A stretch of 64,000 bases of DNA from Synergistota bacterium (lineage in GTDB: Bacteria > Synergistota > Synergistia > Synergistales > 79-D21). The stretch is taken from positions 11,878 to 75,877 of the forward strand of contig JALHIN010000005.1 in the NCBI GenBank assembly GCA_022839995.1. Reading direction: 5' to 3'. A program made the position numbers and the translations under genes. Each line of letters begins with the position of its first letter. Position 1 is the stretch's first letter. Shown here piece after piece: positions 54,675 to 63,441 of this stretch. The notes under the pieces are model-generated. The model was given only the letters and a program-made list of their open reading frames with translations. It made no database searches and was not told the DNA's origin.

Positions 54675-56024
54675 TCAGGGTTTCCCCTGCAGTTCTTTCA
54701 CCGCTTGCCGGATTTCCGCGACTTCCTTGCCCAGTTCGGCGGCGAGATCCTTCAGGGGCTTGTCGGAGGGCAGGTCCAGGGGCCAGCCCGCTTTTTCGAG
54801 AACCTTCCGTTCCTCCACTCCGTACGTTTCGGCCACCTGTCGCAGGGTCATGGAACCCTTGATTTCCTCGGGGTTCGCGGGAGAAGGAGGCGGCACCGGG
54901 GCCCGGCTTTCCTTTTGGGCCGCAAACCAGGCCTGCAGGGTTTCCCTGAAAGCTTCGTCGTCGGTGATTTCCTTGATCGGCTTATCCAGCGGGGTGTCGG
55001 CCGGAAGTCCCGTGATCGCCAGGACCTTTTCGGCCGGCAGACCGACCGTTTCGGAAACCTTCTCCACCGTCATCCATCCGAAGACCGCGCTTGCAGGGTC
55101 TTCGGCAATCACGGCCGCAGGGGGCGGTGCGTAGGTCGACCAGAGGTTCGCGGCGCGGGCCAGGCCATAGCCGCCCAGGTAAAGGCCGACTCCTAGCAGC
55201 CCGATGGCGGTCACGGAGAGGGCTTTCGATCGCGTGCCGAAGAAAAGGGCTTTCTCCCGGGGGCAGGCTTCGACACATCGTCCGCAGGCCAGGCATTCGG
55301 CCGAGGTCGTCACGTCCGTGGATTCGGGGTTAAGCCTGACCGGGCAGGACTTGCCGCAAAGGTGGCAGTGAATGCAGTGTTCCTCGGATCGCCGCACCTT
55401 GAAAAGGGACAGTTTCTGGAGGGGGGCCAGCAGCGCCCCCAGGGGGCAAAGGTATCGGCACCAGAAGCGCTCGACGAAGAGGCTGGCGCCGATGACTGTG
55501 ACAAATAGCACCACGAAGGACCATGGCGCTTCGGCCATTCCCTCAAGACCCGCCGAGAGGTGCATCCAGGCGACCCACGGGTCGTAGGGCCTCCAGGCTA
55601 GGGTGCCGAGTTTCCACGTGAAGGCGATGATCATGGCGAAGACGGCATATTTCAGGAAGCGCAACTGGCGGTCGAGCGGTTCGGGCATTTCACGCGGCCT
55701 GATTCCCAGCCGGCGGGAGATTTTCGCCGTCCACTCGCCGATTGTCCCGAGGGGACAGATCCAGCCGCAGAAAACCCGACCGAAGAGGAGCGTGGCAAGT
55801 GCGACGATGACGAGGAGGATCAGGGAGCTTGGGGCGACGCGGCGAAGCCAGGTTCCCGAGGCCAGGAGGGAATACAGGCTTTCCATCCCGCCGAGAGGGC
55901 AAAGGGCATCCACCGGGGGAACGCCAGTGGGACCCCCGCCCACGACCTGGTGCCGGTAACCCGTCCAGGTCATGAAAGCCAGAAAGGCAAACTGGATCAG
56001 CATTCTCAGTCTCATGGGATTCAT
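54675..56024 (-). CDS. membrane polyferredoxin (NapH/MauN-like 4Fe-4S protein) with a C-terminal tandem-repeat domain
   Basis: TM helices with CGWICPLG and CRYLCPLG motifs, plus CIHCHLCGKSCP and CLACGRCVEACP clusters. Two roughly 38-aa repeats lie at residues 315-352 and 389-426. Confidence 0.8.
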   Translation of the reverse strand: MNPMRLRMLIQFAFLAFMTWTGYRHQVVGGGPTGVPPVDALCPLGGMESLYSLLASGTWLRRVAPSSLILLVIVALATLLFGRVFCGWICPLGTIGEWTAKISRRLGIRPREMPEPLDRQLRFLKYAVFAMIIAFTWKLGTLAWRPYDPWVAWMHLSAGLEGMAEAPWSFVVLFVTVIGASLFVERFWCRYLCPLGALLAPLQKLSLFKVRRSEEHCIHCHLCGKSCPVRLNPESTDVTTSAECLACGRCVEACPREKALFFGTRSKALSVTAIGLLGVGLYLGGYGLARAANLWSTYAPPPAAVIAEDPASAVFGWMTVEKVSETVGLPAEKVLAITGLPADTPLDKPIKEITDDEAFRETLQAWFAAQKESRAPVPPPSPANPEEIKGSMTLRQVAETYGVEERKVLEKAGWPLDLPSDKPLKDLAAELGKEVAEIRQAVKELQGKP

Positions 56025-56184
56025 CCTCCGTCCTCCCCTTCGGGGTCTATTTGAACCCCCAATCCCTATTGTCTTCGATTCATTTTATCAGAATCAACGG
56101 CCGGGACACCCAGGTGCAGATTTTTCTTTCGGCCGGCTTGCATTAAACTGGAAGCCAGAAATTCAAGTCGAGGAGGTCTGTCCC

Positions 56185-57165
56185 GTGACCATCAACCCAT
56201 CGATCACCGATGTCCTTCGTGCATACCGATTCCTCAGGCACAGGATCCGCCATACCCCTGTCGAACGCTCGTTTTCCCTGAGCGAACGCACCGGCGCACA
56301 GGTGTACGTCAAATGGGAAAACACGCAGTTCTGCGGCTCGTTCAAGATCCGGGGAGCCCTGAACAAGATGTTTTCCCTGACTCCCGAGGAGCGGGCGCGC
56401 GGAGTGGTGACGCCTTCGAGCGGCAATCACGGCCAGGGCGTGGCCTTCGCGGCTTCCCAGCTGGGCGTGAAGGCCGTGGTTTGTGTCCCTGGGGCCTGTC
56501 CCCGGACGAAGCGGCAGGCGATCCGGCGCCTGGGGGGCGAGTGGGTCGATCTCAGGGTGGTCGGCGAGCTCTACGACGATGCGGAACACGAGGCTCACCG
56601 CCTGGCGGAAACGGAAGGGATGACTTTCGTTTCCTCATACGAGGACGCCGCAGTGATCAGCGGCGCTGCGACCGTGGGCCTGGAATTGATGATGGACGAG
56701 CCCGAGCTGGACGTGCTCCTCGTGCCCGCGGGAGGAGGCGGCCTCATGAACGGGGTAGCCCTGGCCGCAAAGGCGCTGCGCCCGGGAATCCGCGTCTGGG
56801 GAGTCCAGTCCGTGGCCTCACAGCCGTGGGTCGCCTCCTGGGAAGGAGGGAAAGTCGTCGAGGTCGTTTACGAGGACTCTCTCGCGGACGGATTGACCGG
56901 ATCGATTCCCCAGAGCCTGCTGGACCTGGCGAAAACACGGATGGAGGGCTGCTTCGCCGTGACCGAGGAAGAGATCGCCCAAGCCATCGCCTTCCTGCAC
57001 GCCGAGCACCACCAGGTGGTGGAAGGCGCGGGAGCCGTGGGTGTTGCGGCCCTCCTCTCGGGGAAGGTCCCGGAGGTCCTATCGGGACTTCGGGTCGGGG
57101 TCGTCATCTCGGGAGGAAACATCGACCACGGGAGGCTGATGGCCGTACTCCAGCGCTGGGGATAG
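56185..57165 (+). CDS. PLP-dependent threonine/serine dehydratase family protein (no ACT domain)
   Basis: FCGSFKIRGALNK (PLP lysine), SSGNHGQGVA and GGGGLMNG motifs. GTG 56185 with a GAGGAGG SD. Confidence 0.85.
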   Translation: MTINPSITDVLRAYRFLRHRIRHTPVERSFSLSERTGAQVYVKWENTQFCGSFKIRGALNKMFSLTPEERARGVVTPSSGNHGQGVAFAASQLGVKAVVCVPGACPRTKRQAIRRLGGEWVDLRVVGELYDDAEHEAHRLAETEGMTFVSSYEDAAVISGAATVGLELMMDEPELDVLLVPAGGGGLMNGVALAAKALRPGIRVWGVQSVASQPWVASWEGGKVVEVVYEDSLADGLTGSIPQSLLDLAKTRMEGCFAVTEEEIAQAIAFLHAEHHQVVEGAGAVGVAALLSGKVPEVLSGLRVGVVISGGNIDHGRLMAVLQRWG

Positions 57166-57166
57166 C

Positions 57167-60100
57167 TCAGTTCCCGTTCCCCGGCTTCAGGATCTGCTTG
57201 ATGATCTGTTCGAGCAGCTGGTCGCCGATCTGGGTTCCGGGATCCTCGCTGGTCCTGGAACCCCCTTCGCCGGTGGGAACGGTGATGGTGATCCGCATCT
57301 GGTCCAGGTCCTGTTTCCCGGAGGGATCGGAGGGCGAGGTGGGGATCGGGCTTTCCTTCGGGTGCTGGATCACCTTCAGGTTCCCGATGGTCGGTTTCCG
57401 CCAGGGGCCCTTGAGGTCGAAGCTGACTTCCTGGAAGTCCCGGCGGGTTGCTCCCCCGAGGACCCCCCTGAGAAACTGCTGCAGGGTGGCGGTGGACCAG
57501 GAACCGTCGGAGGAAAGGAGCCCTTCAAGCCCCCCGAGGAGGAGGTTGAGCCCCCTTACGTTGATTTCCCCGTAGCTTTTCAGGTCGAGGTTGCCTCCCT
57601 CACCGATCGAGCCGTCCACCGAGAGGTACCGGTAGAAGCGGTCGCCCGGAACGGCGTTGGCGCGGGTCCCCGGGAGAAGGAACACGGACTTGCCGTCGAT
57701 GTTGAAGTTCGCGTTGACCGAGCTGTAGCGGATGGAGGGGCTCCCGGTGATGGGAACGAGGCTTTTCAGGGCCGTAAACCCTTCGACGGCACCGTCTTTT
57801 ACCTTTAGCAGCCCGTGGCCGTCCATTAGGAAGGCCTTGCCGTACTCGTTGGAAATACGGAAATCGAGATCGGCTTTCCCGGAAATGGTCCCTTCCGTTT
57901 TCAGGGCGTCTTTCAGCGCAGGGGCCAGGTTGGCTCCCCGCACGGTCATCCTGGCCCCCCACCTGGCCTTTCCCATTTCCAGGGATCCCGCGGCTTTGAC
58001 TTCGCCCCCGTAGGCTTTTGCCGTTCCGCTTTCGACCGTGATGAAATCGTCGGTGGTGACGAAAGGAGCGTCGACGTCCGTGAGATGGAACCCCCAGATC
58101 TCCAGGGACGGGGACTTCAGCCTGCCGGACCCCTGGAAGCCGTCGGCGCTGATCCTGCCCGAAATCCTGGCATCCACGGCACCTTTCAGGATCCCCCTTG
58201 CCCCGCTGATGAACCTGGGAACGAGGTCCTGGAGTTCGAGCTTCGATCCTTCCATCGTAAAGGCGAGCTCAAATCCCTCCTTGCCCCTCACGATTGTTCC
58301 GCAGCCGCTCATGGGAGAGTCTCCGACCAGCGCCCTGGCCTCGTGGATCTGAAGAGCCTCCCCGGTCGACGTCCCCTCCCCCTTGACCTGGACCTGCCGA
58401 AACAGCAGGCCGGAAAGGTTCAGTTCGGGAACCTGCACGGTAAGGGACACCACGGGTCTACCGGAAGGGCCGCGGACGGTCGCCTCGGCCAAAGCGAGCC
58501 CCTTCAGGGGAAGAGCCAGGCTATAGCGGTTCGTGATCTCCTTCAGGTCCAGGCCTTCGGCGGACGCCTTCAGGTCCAGTTCGGCGGGCTGAGATGCCGT
58601 TGCCCTTCGGATTTGGCCGACTCCCTTCACCAGTCCCCCGATGATCTCTCCTTCCAGCCGTTCCAGCTGGATCCGGTTCTCACTGCCTGCAAGGCTGAAG
58701 CGGAAGCCCTTGACTGCAAGGCCGGCGGCGGAAACGGATTCCGAAGAGCCTTCCGCGTTCCAGGACGGGGTGGATAGTGCCCCCTTCAGGCCGAAGCGTC
58801 CCTCGATTTTCCCGGAAACCGGGATCGGAAGCAGACCCTCCAGGAAGGGGGCGATCTCCGTGCCGGAAAACCCGCCCTTCAGGTCGGCTTCAGGCCTGGA
58901 GGAAATTTTCGTGATCCTCCCGGAAAGGGAAAGGGTCCCTCCCCTTTCCGACATGGATAGGATTTCCAGGGTGTCCTGGCCGAACCGGAAAGAGAGGTCG
59001 AATTCCCTGGAAGGAAGCGAGGAAGCCAGGCGGGCCCGGATTCCTCCCAGGCTGGCTTCGAGGGAAGGTGCCCTGGCGCTCCCGGAAAGGCGGTAGGAGC
59101 CGCCGATTTTCCCGCTGAGCCCCATGGGGCGAAGCGCCGCTAAACGACCTGAAATCCGGTCCGCATCGACAGCCGAAACCTGACCGGAAAGAGCCAGGCG
59201 GGGCTGTGGAGTGAAGAGCCCTTCCACCTGTCCCGACAGGCTCACTTTTCCGCCCTGCCAGAGGAAGGTCCCTTCGTGGATCCGGGCGTTCTTGCCGTCG
59301 CTGGTGAAGGGGAGCCGCAGTCCCAGTAGCGGTTCACCGAGGGCCTCGAGCCTTTCGGAACGGAGCTGGCCCTCGTACCGCAGGGCAGAGACGGGGCCCA
59401 AAAGGCGGATTTCCCCTGCGAGGACCCCTTTGCCCTTCAATTCGGCAAGTCCCTTGAAGCGCGTTGAAAGTCTGTTAAAATCGACCCCCTGGAGCCTGAG
59501 GCGAAGGTCCAGCTCGACCCGCGGCTTGATCCGGACGGGTCCCCTGGCTTCGATCTCGGAATCCAGCCACTTCCCCGAAAGGTCGAGGTTGCCGGTCCGT
59601 CCCTCCTCCACGGTGAAGGCGGCCCGGGCGGCTGTGAGGTCCTGGCTGGCGACCGTCATGGCCGCCGCTTCGGCCTCCACTTTTCCGGAAAGGGCCCGGA
59701 GGGGCCCCTCCAGGTCGACGGAAACCGTGCGGGCCTGTCCTTTCAGGAAATCGATCCAGGGCAGTACGGCTTTCCAGCGGGAGACTTCCATGTCTTTCCC
59801 GGAAACCCGGAGCGACCAGGGCACGGGGGCCTGGGAGAAATCGGCGGAGACGGTTCCCGTGAGGGGATGGCCGAAGGCGTTTCCGGCCATTTCGTCGAAG
59901 GAAAGGACCTTTCCGTCGAACGACCATCGGCTTTTCAGGTTCTCGAAATCGATCCCGGCCACGCGACCGGAACGGAGGGAAAGGTTCCCCCCGTAGCGCA
60001 GGTTCGGCCACTTCCCTTCCACTCGAAATTCCGTCGTCAGCGGGCCGAAAAATCGTTCTCCCATGGTCGGCCAGAAATTCCGGAAGCTCGCGAGTTCGAC

Positions 60101-60775
60101 TCCCGAGAGGCGGACGAGGAGTCCCAGGTTCGGGCGGACCGTGCCGAAGACCTCAATGCGGCCTTTCCCGAACTCCATCTCGAGGTTTTCGATCTGGGCA
60201 AGCCCCCCGACCAGGCGGTACCTGCCTCGGCCCGTCGCTTCCACCCCGTTGACCTCGGTCCGAAACGCCGCGTCGATTGCAAAGTCCGAGATCTTGAGGG
60301 TGCTCTTGCGGATGTTGACCCCGCCGAACCGGGTCCGGACGAGGCAATCGTCCAGGCGGACCGCATCGAGGGGAAGGTTGAGACGGTCGCTGTCCTGCCG
60401 GAATTCGGGCAGGATCTCCCTCAGGCGGTCGAGATCCACGTCCGCCCCGCGGATATCCAGCCTCCGGATGAAAATACGCCGTTGTAAAATCGAGGGAAGG
60501 TCCTGCCGGAAGGTCAGTTCGGTGGCGGAAAGGACGGGCAGTCCCTCGCGCGAGAGCACGATGTCCCGGGCCCGGTAGCCGACGACGGGATTGCCGCTCA
60601 TGGAACCGATGTACAGGTCCGCCCCGAGGCGGCTTTTCGCCCCCTGGACCGCGAGATTGCGCACGATGCCCTCGCCGTAGGGCATTCGGACTGCCGCGAC
60701 GGCGAGGAGTGCGGGGATCAGGATCAGGAAGGCCCAGAAGGCCAGTTTTGCAGGGGAGCTGTTTTTGCCGTGCAT
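57167..60775 (-). CDS. TamB/AsmA-like translocation and assembly module protein (DUF490-type C-terminus)
   Basis: 1202 aa with an N-terminal anchor, then a long beta-rich repetitive body typical of TamB. Confidence 0.75.
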   Translation of the reverse strand: MHGKNSSPAKLAFWAFLILIPALLAVAAVRMPYGEGIVRNLAVQGAKSRLGADLYIGSMSGNPVVGYRARDIVLSREGLPVLSATELTFRQDLPSILQRRIFIRRLDIRGADVDLDRLREILPEFRQDSDRLNLPLDAVRLDDCLVRTRFGGVNIRKSTLKISDFAIDAAFRTEVNGVEATGRGRYRLVGGLAQIENLEMEFGKGRIEVFGTVRPNLGLLVRLSGVELASFRNFWPTMGERFFGPLTTEFRVEGKWPNLRYGGNLSLRSGRVAGIDFENLKSRWSFDGKVLSFDEMAGNAFGHPLTGTVSADFSQAPVPWSLRVSGKDMEVSRWKAVLPWIDFLKGQARTVSVDLEGPLRALSGKVEAEAAAMTVASQDLTAARAAFTVEEGRTGNLDLSGKWLDSEIEARGPVRIKPRVELDLRLRLQGVDFNRLSTRFKGLAELKGKGVLAGEIRLLGPVSALRYEGQLRSERLEALGEPLLGLRLPFTSDGKNARIHEGTFLWQGGKVSLSGQVEGLFTPQPRLALSGQVSAVDADRISGRLAALRPMGLSGKIGGSYRLSGSARAPSLEASLGGIRARLASSLPSREFDLSFRFGQDTLEILSMSERGGTLSLSGRITKISSRPEADLKGGFSGTEIAPFLEGLLPIPVSGKIEGRFGLKGALSTPSWNAEGSSESVSAAGLAVKGFRFSLAGSENRIQLERLEGEIIGGLVKGVGQIRRATASQPAELDLKASAEGLDLKEITNRYSLALPLKGLALAEATVRGPSGRPVVSLTVQVPELNLSGLLFRQVQVKGEGTSTGEALQIHEARALVGDSPMSGCGTIVRGKEGFELAFTMEGSKLELQDLVPRFISGARGILKGAVDARISGRISADGFQGSGRLKSPSLEIWGFHLTDVDAPFVTTDDFITVESGTAKAYGGEVKAAGSLEMGKARWGARMTVRGANLAPALKDALKTEGTISGKADLDFRISNEYGKAFLMDGHGLLKVKDGAVEGFTALKSLVPITGSPSIRYSSVNANFNIDGKSVFLLPGTRANAVPGDRFYRYLSVDGSIGEGGNLDLKSYGEINVRGLNLLLGGLEGLLSSDGSWSTATLQQFLRGVLGGATRRDFQEVSFDLKGPWRKPTIGNLKVIQHPKESPIPTSPSDPSGKQDLDQMRITITVPTGEGGSRTSEDPGTQIGDQLLEQIIKQILKPGNGN

Positions 60776-60838
60776 CGGGCACCTCTTCGAAAAGAATGCG
60801 ACGGCTCCATTTTACCTTACCGGAAAGAAGGGCGGGGC

Positions 60839-61672
60839 ATGGACATGGACGGGAAAGAAGGGCATCCTGAGCGAACGGCCAAGTGGCTTGAACTTCTTTG
60901 CCTGTTGCGGGAAAGGGAAAACGCCGTCGTCCTCTTTTCGGGGGGCGTCGACAGCACCCTTTTGGCCACAGCGGCTTTTCTCGCCCTCGGGGACTGGGCC
61001 GTGGCCCTCACGTTCCGCTCTCCCCTGGAAGACCCCTCCGAGGCAAGGCGGGCTTTCTCGGCGGCTGAACGGATCGGCATCCGCCACGTCATCCTGGAAT
61101 CGGAAGACCTTGAAGTCCCAGAAATCGCGGGCAACAGGCCGAACCGGTGCTACGCCTGCCGAAAACACCGGGACAGGCTGGCCCTGGCGTGGGCCCGACA
61201 GCACGGGTTTACCTCGGTCGTCGACGGCCTGACCCTTTCCGACCTGGAAGAGGACCGCCCGGGAAGGAAGGCCTCGGACGAGGACGGAATCGGTCATCCC
61301 CTGCTGGAAGCAGGCCTCGGCAGGGAGGAGATCCGCGAGATCTCCCGGTTGCTGGGCATCGAGGGGTGGGATCGTCCCGGGAGTCCATGCCTGGCGACCC
61401 GGTTTCCGTTCTTCACCAGCCTCAGCGAAGATACGCTCAGGCAGGTGGGCAGGGCCGAGGGGGGCATCGCCGAGCTGGGCTTTACCCTGGTCCGGGTGCG
61501 CTTCTTGCCGGGGCTGGGGGCGGTGGTGGAAACGGACGATCCCTCCGGAGTCGCCGCCCAGAGGGAGAAAGTGCTTCGAATCCTGAAAGACGAGGGGTTC
61601 CCCGCGGCCTACCTCGACCTGGAAGGGTACGCGAGGGGGAAAATGGGCCGCCTCGGTGCCACTGGGCGCTAG
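60839..61672 (+). CDS. larE: PP-loop ATP pyrophosphatase, LarE-like (sacrificial sulfur transferase family)
   Basis: VLFSGGVDST PP-loop and the GSPCLATRFP cysteine motif. About 277 aa. Confidence 0.75.
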   Translation: MDMDGKEGHPERTAKWLELLCLLRERENAVVLFSGGVDSTLLATAAFLALGDWAVALTFRSPLEDPSEARRAFSAAERIGIRHVILESEDLEVPEIAGNRPNRCYACRKHRDRLALAWARQHGFTSVVDGLTLSDLEEDRPGRKASDEDGIGHPLLEAGLGREEIREISRLLGIEGWDRPGSPCLATRFPFFTSLSEDTLRQVGRAEGGIAELGFTLVRVRFLPGLGAVVETDDPSGVAAQREKVLRILKDEGFPAAYLDLEGYARGKMGRLGATGR

Positions 61673-63285
61673 CCCATGTAGGGGCGTCTCCAGTCGAGCG
61701 GAGGCACGGTCGTTTCCTTGACGGTCCTGGGTGAAAGCCACCGCGTGATGTTGTTCAGGAAGCCGGCCTTGTCGTTCGTCCCCGAATGCCTGGAACCGCC
61801 GAAGGGTTGCCGGCCGACGATGGCTCCGGTCGGCTTGTCGTTGATGTAGAAGTTCCCGGCCGCGAACCGCAGGGTGCAGGCCGCCTTGTCGATGGCTCCC
61901 CGGTCCCGGGCGAAGATCGACCCGGTGAGGGCGTAGGGAGTGCTGGAGTCGCAAAGCGCAAGGATCGCCTCGTAACGGTCGTCGGGGTAGACGAAGACGG
62001 TGACGACCGGCCCGAAGATCTCTTCCTTCATCAGCTTCCCGTGCGGGTTTTTCGTGACGTACAGGGTCGGTTCCACGAACCAGCCCTCAGCGTCCCGGTA
62101 TCCTCCCCCGAAGATCCTTTCGTACTCTTCAGGATGGAGGGCCGCGTGTTCGATGTAGCGGACGACCTTCCGGTACGCTTCCCCGTCGATGAGAGCTCCC
62201 ATGAAGCAGTTCAAATCGTCGGTCGGCCCGAGGCGCAACCCGGGGACTTCCTCCAGGAGGAGCTCCCGTATCCTCGGCCAGAGGCTTTCGGGGACATAGG
62301 CCCTGGAAAGGGCAGAACATTTCTGCCCCTGGTATTCGAACCCGCCCCGGATCAGGCTCACGGCGACGGCCCTGGGGTCCGCGGAAGGGTGAACGACCGC
62401 AAAATCCTTTCCTCCCGTTTCCCCGACGACACGGGGGAAGGACCGGTAAAGGTCGACGTTTGCACCGATTGTCCTCCAGAGCGTCATGAAGGTGTCGTAG
62501 CTTCCCGTAAAATGCAGGCCGGCGAAATCCGGGTGTTCCAGGATCCGGGAAACGAGCCGGCTGGAAAAGGGGACGAAGTTGACGACGCCGCCGGGCAGCC
62601 CGGCTTCTTCGAGGACCTTCATGATTTCCCAGTTGCAGGCGATGGCGGCCCGAGACGGTTTCCAGACGGCAACGTTTCCCGCCATGGCCGGGGCCGTCGG
62701 CAGGTTCCCCGCGATGCTGTAGAAATTGAAGGGACTGACCGCAAAAACGAACCCTTCGAGCGGACGCCAGTCGAAGCGGTTGATTTCGCCCCCGGACTGC
62801 TCGGGCTGCATCCCGTACAGCAGGTGGAGGTACCAGGCGTTGAACCGCCAGAAATCCACGAGCTCCGCGAGGTCGATTTCCGCCTCGTAGGGGGTCTTGG
62901 AAAGGTTCAGCATGATGGAGGCGATGTTTTGCGTCCGTTTCGGACCCGCCAGGAGGTCGGCTGCTTTCTGGAAGACGGCCGCACGATCCCTCCAGGGCAT
63001 CAAGGACCAGCTTTTCCAGGCCTGCAGGGCGGATTCCACGGCCGCGTCGATTTCCCTTTCTCCCGCCAGGCGGGCACGTCCCAGGACCAGGCGGTGGTCG
63101 GCGGGAGATCGGATCTCCAGGATTTCTCCCTCCCAGGACCGTTTCCCGTCGATATAGAGGGGAATTTCCTCGGGGGAGCTCTTCAACCGGTCGAGTTCAA
63201 AGAGAAGGCGCTCCCTTTCCTCGGATCCCGGCCGGTAAGGGGGGATCGAATCGACGTCATTTTTGGGCTTTTCCGGTTGCCACAT
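61669..63285 (-). CDS. pruA: L-glutamate gamma-semialdehyde (1-pyrroline-5-carboxylate) dehydrogenase
   Basis: 538 aa from MWQPEKPKND (GGAGGG SD). Aldehyde dehydrogenase core (ETGGKD, QGQKCSA) with the long N-terminal region typical of the P5CDH (ALDH4-type) family. Confidence 0.85.
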   Translation of the reverse strand: MWQPEKPKNDVDSIPPYRPGSEERERLLFELDRLKSSPEEIPLYIDGKRSWEGEILEIRSPADHRLVLGRARLAGEREIDAAVESALQAWKSWSLMPWRDRAAVFQKAADLLAGPKRTQNIASIMLNLSKTPYEAEIDLAELVDFWRFNAWYLHLLYGMQPEQSGGEINRFDWRPLEGFVFAVSPFNFYSIAGNLPTAPAMAGNVAVWKPSRAAIACNWEIMKVLEEAGLPGGVVNFVPFSSRLVSRILEHPDFAGLHFTGSYDTFMTLWRTIGANVDLYRSFPRVVGETGGKDFAVVHPSADPRAVAVSLIRGGFEYQGQKCSALSRAYVPESLWPRIRELLLEEVPGLRLGPTDDLNCFMGALIDGEAYRKVVRYIEHAALHPEEYERIFGGGYRDAEGWFVEPTLYVTKNPHGKLMKEEIFGPVVTVFVYPDDRYEAILALCDSSTPYALTGSIFARDRGAIDKAACTLRFAAGNFYINDKPTGAIVGRQPFGGSRHSGTNDKAGFLNNITRWLSPRTVKETTVPPLDWRRPYMG

Positions 63286-63315
63286 TCCATCCTTCCCTCC
63301 TTTCCCTACCCGACT

Positions 63316-63343
63316 ATAGTACACGAAAAGGGCAAAGGGTCAA
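63316..63343 (-). promoter_or_regulatory. candidate sigma70 promoter of pruA
   Basis: Minus strand TTGACC (63343-63338), 16-nt spacer, TACTAT (63321-63316). Confidence 0.45.
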
Positions 63344-63404
63344 CGCGTCAGGAAAAGATATGCTTTAACAAGGTGGAAGAAGAACGCGTTATCCTGTACG
63401 TTAA

Positions 63405-63433
63405 TGTGGACATGTGGAAAACCCTGTGGATAA
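63405..63433. repeat. three same-orientation TGTGGAnAn repeats, two matching the DnaA-box consensus
   Basis: TGTGGACAT (63405-63413), TGTGGAAAA (63413-63421) and TGTGGATAA (63425-63433; the reverse complement is TTATCCACA). A degenerate opposite-orientation TTATCCTGT lies at 63389-63397. Confidence 0.4.
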
Positions 63434-63441
63434 CCTCGCGC

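Noticed and set aside
53268-55196. 642-aa plus-strand ORF.
   Set aside because: Antisense shadow of the amidohydrolase and polyferredoxin genes.
63286-63441. Chromosomal replication origin (oriC).
   Set aside because: The region is only about 155 bp, has three box-like repeats and no obvious AT-rich unwinding element, and has no dnaA/dnaN nearby. It is reported only as a DnaA-box-like cluster.
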